Below, one piece after another: positions 55,697 through 64,000 of a stretch of DNA of 64,000 bases. This stretch comes from Macrostomum lignano (Eukaryota), in assembly GCA_002269645.1 (NCBI GenBank), contig NIVC01001998.1, positions 1 through 64,000 of the forward strand, given 5' to 3'. Position numbers and translations under genes: made by a program. A model generated the notes under the pieces. It did not search any database. It was not told the DNA's origin and saw nothing but the letters and a program-made list of their open reading frames with translations. Position 1 is the first letter of the stretch, and each line of letters begins with the position of its first letter.

Positions 55697-61072
<5,376 letters not shown>

Positions 61073-61283
61073 TTTTGATTTAGTAATCTTAACTCATGAA
61101 AATCAAAAGACTTTTTATGAGAAATTTTCGGTATACAATTAATTGATTTTTTTACATCATACTTAGAGACACGGCTACCATTTCTACAAATTTTTGGATT
61201 ATAAACATGGCCGCTGTGTCTTTAATAGTGCCTAAGTCTATACTTATAGGCAGCCAGCTCTAATATTATATTAAGCTTTAATA

Positions 61284-62110
61284 CGAGGGGTGTCCCAAAA
61301 GTTCCCGGAATGTCTAACGTAGCTCTTCAACAGAGCCATGAAATTTCACGCCCATGGTGTCAAATGAAAGGAAATTTTGTCACAAAGAATACAAAGTTAA
61401 AATCATGTTGATATCTTTTTTATTCAAGAGCTACAGCAAGAAACTTGCGCAAAGGTCAGGGGTAGTGTTACACAACCTCAACAATCTATGGCAATAATTT
61501 TTTCATCTCCATTTTTGGAGTTTTTCATTTTGAATTCGTGCTACTGACGTGTCAGAAAGAAGTGGTAGTGTCTATGGAAAAAGCAGAAATGCTCATAAAG
61601 CTAATCTGAGCTTTTGCGCGAGTGTAGATAATTTGTACCAAGCGCTTGCTTTCAACTTGAAATTTCTTTGCAAAAATGAGTTCTCTTCAGAGCCTTGAAA
61701 GTCAGCGAAGTCAAGTTTTTGCCCTTTGGTCAGTAGGATGGAGTGGAGCCAAGATTTCTGACCACTTATTCTCCATCCACGGTGAGAACAGCCTGAAAAA
61801 AACTGCAATTTACGGATGGATCGAACGCTTTAGAGATGGCCAGTCTGCTGTGAATGAATTCAAAATGAAAAACTCCAAAAATGGAGATGAAAAAATTATT
61901 GCCATAGATTGTTGAGGTTGTGTAACACTACCCCTGACCTTTGCGCAAGTTTCTTGCTGTAGCTCTTGAATAAAAAAAGATATCAACATGATTTTAACTT
62001 TTTATTCTTTGTGACAAAATTTCCTTTCATTTGACACCATGAGCGTGAAATTTCATGGCTCTGTTGAAGAGCTACGTTAGACATTCCGGGAACTTTTGGG
62101 ACACCCCTCG
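61284..62110. mobile_element. Non-autonomous mariner derivative with ~255-bp inverted arms
   Basis: Arms 61284-61537 and 61856-62110 are near-perfect reverse complements starting CGAGGGGTGTCC, TA flanks; spacer carries a transposase N-terminal remnant (AIYGWIERFRDG). Confidence 0.93.
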
Positions 62111-64000
62111 TATTATAGACTTTGTCTCTAACCATAGTCAGGATCATGCTATGTGTGCACTGGAAGCCACCCCAAAATTTTTTTGCAGTGTGCGCCAGGT
62201 ATGCCAGGCAAAATGCACAAGTGTGCCAGGTGCGCCAGTCCTAAATCCTAATCTTAATGTAAAAAAATGCGCAATATACACAAAATCACAATATATTGTA
62301 AGTTGTAACATTTCGTGTAATTGCAAGTAAAGATTATAAAGTTGAAGATTTGAAGATTTATGTTTTTAATTTCAAAAATAAAGAATAAAAGGGAGAAATA
62401 AAACAATTTAGAGAATATTTTAAATGAAGCAATGGTTGTCAATTGTCATAACAATATTTGTGAAATCATTGTTAAACTTTGTGCAAAATTTCATGCTTTG
62501 CATACTTTATGTTCTTTGATTTTGTCTTTTGCAGTGGCCATGGCACAGCCTCCTCCAGTGTGTGCCATGCAGGGTGTGCCAATTGTATATATGCCAAGGT
62601 GTATGTCAGAAGACCCTTTCAAAAATTTTGTGCGCCAAGTGTACGCCAGCTATCCCAAATGTGTGCTGGAAATTTCCAGCATATATGACATGATCCTGAG
62701 TGTGGGTCTCTAATAGTGCCTAAGTCTATACTTATAGACACCCATAGTCAGGAAGATGGCCTTTTTCACAGAAAATTCCATCATAAAAGGGGGTTAAATG
62801 TGTAATGTGCTGGCATATTCTGGCACAATAGCAGGCAAAAGAAAAAAATCCGGCGCAGTATGGCATAAAACAAAAAATTGACACAATTTGGTGCAATACA
62901 AAAACTTTTGACAATACAATATTTTCTTAGACAAAAAATGCATGTTGTTTCTTTTTACTAGCACTTTTTGGCAGTGTATTGATGGCTTTTTTAATTAATA
63001 CATGTTAATATTGTATTTTCAATGAAAAAGATTTAAATACATGTTTTTATGGTATTTTTAAACAGAAAATATGGTTTTTGTGTTTTTAAAAAAAAATTCC
63101 AACATAGCACAAGCAAACTTTTTTGCTAGGAATAGTTCTAGTGCACGGCAGGATCAAACTTTTTTGATAGGATTTGTTCTAGGGTAGGCATGCCATGATC
63201 CTATCTATGGATAGACATAGCTAGGCTGCTGTGTTTATAATATTAGAGCTTATAGACACGGTGAGTTGGCAATTGTGTCCATGTAGTATAGGTCTACTGA
63301 TGTACATTTAGCTAATATAGGATTTTTGTTCTTGTGTACACTACTGCACAATCTAGACCCTGGGGGGCATATATGTGCAACCTCCAAAATTTGCTCAGCT
63401 ATGCAACTTAGTTTTAACAAAAAATATGACAGTTTTTGGCCAAAAATGCAACTTACACGTAAAAGAAATCCTAAAGCAAAATTAATGCAACTTTGGGTAA
63501 ATGGCAGGAGTAACTATGACTATCTTATTGTTGTAACTCCTATTCATTTCTTATTTCACCTTCAGTTATCTTTGTTTACTTAGTTTTTTTTCTCTCTCTG
63601 TCTAGCTCAATCTTGTTATCTCTCTTTCCCTTGCTACCTTCTGATTGGCTCTCCATTTTCACCTCTCTCTTTAGTTGTGCACTCTATCCCTCTCCTTATT
63701 ATCTTCAATTCAAACCCCCTTGCAAGTTAATGTTCTATAAATATATCAGTTTGGGCCATGCGCCCACTTACTGCTCCTTCTCTCTTAGTATCAATTTAAC
63801 TCCAATTAAATAGTCTTTAGTTTAGTTTTTAGTCTTATTTTCTTGACACTTATTAAGGCAAAATGCCTCATTATCTACTTAGTACCAGTACTACTTGGGT
63901 ATTTATTTGGGTAGATATTTTTGTGACTTACCTTGGTTGGCCACTTAATCAGTTGGCCAACTTGGCCAATTAATTGTGCATGTATGGGGCCTGGGGGGTA

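Overview
Animal genomic DNA with spliceosomal GT-AG introns, GC-rich exons in AT-rich spacers and many minisatellites. The overall style suggests a free-living flatworm such as Macrostomum, but that is inference only. From start to end: (1) the 3' end of a Gypsy-type LTR element whose RT-RNaseH runs straight into a PPT/LTR with no integrase; (2) three fibrinogen-related (FReD) genes at 2.5-3.7 kb (+), 29.4-30.5 kb (-) and 32.2-33.4 kb (+), nearly identical over their first ~800 bp including introns but very divergent in the C-terminal ligand-binding part; (3) an intact young Gypsy element (4380-9352, 193-bp LTRs, GAAA TSD, tRNA-Leu PBS, GGGAAAC -1 frameshift site); (4) four co-oriented minus-strand genes separated by minisatellites: FAU/RPS30, PSMA4, a divergent D2HGDH-like oxidoreductase and a coiled-coil gene; (5) a family of four two-exon genes for 37-50 aa cysteine-rich microproteins (36.6-45.6 kb), not recoverable as complete proteins from the ORF track, all with a phase-2 intron at the same aligned codon; (6) RTE fragments, a mariner split by a 2042-bp TG..CA insertion, a small single-pass membrane ORF, MITEs, a full-length RNaseH-bearing LINE (55697-61072, 13-bp TSD) and a long-TIR mariner derivative. 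Many frameshifts are single-base losses in short runs and may be assembly errors. Exon models were built by eye.
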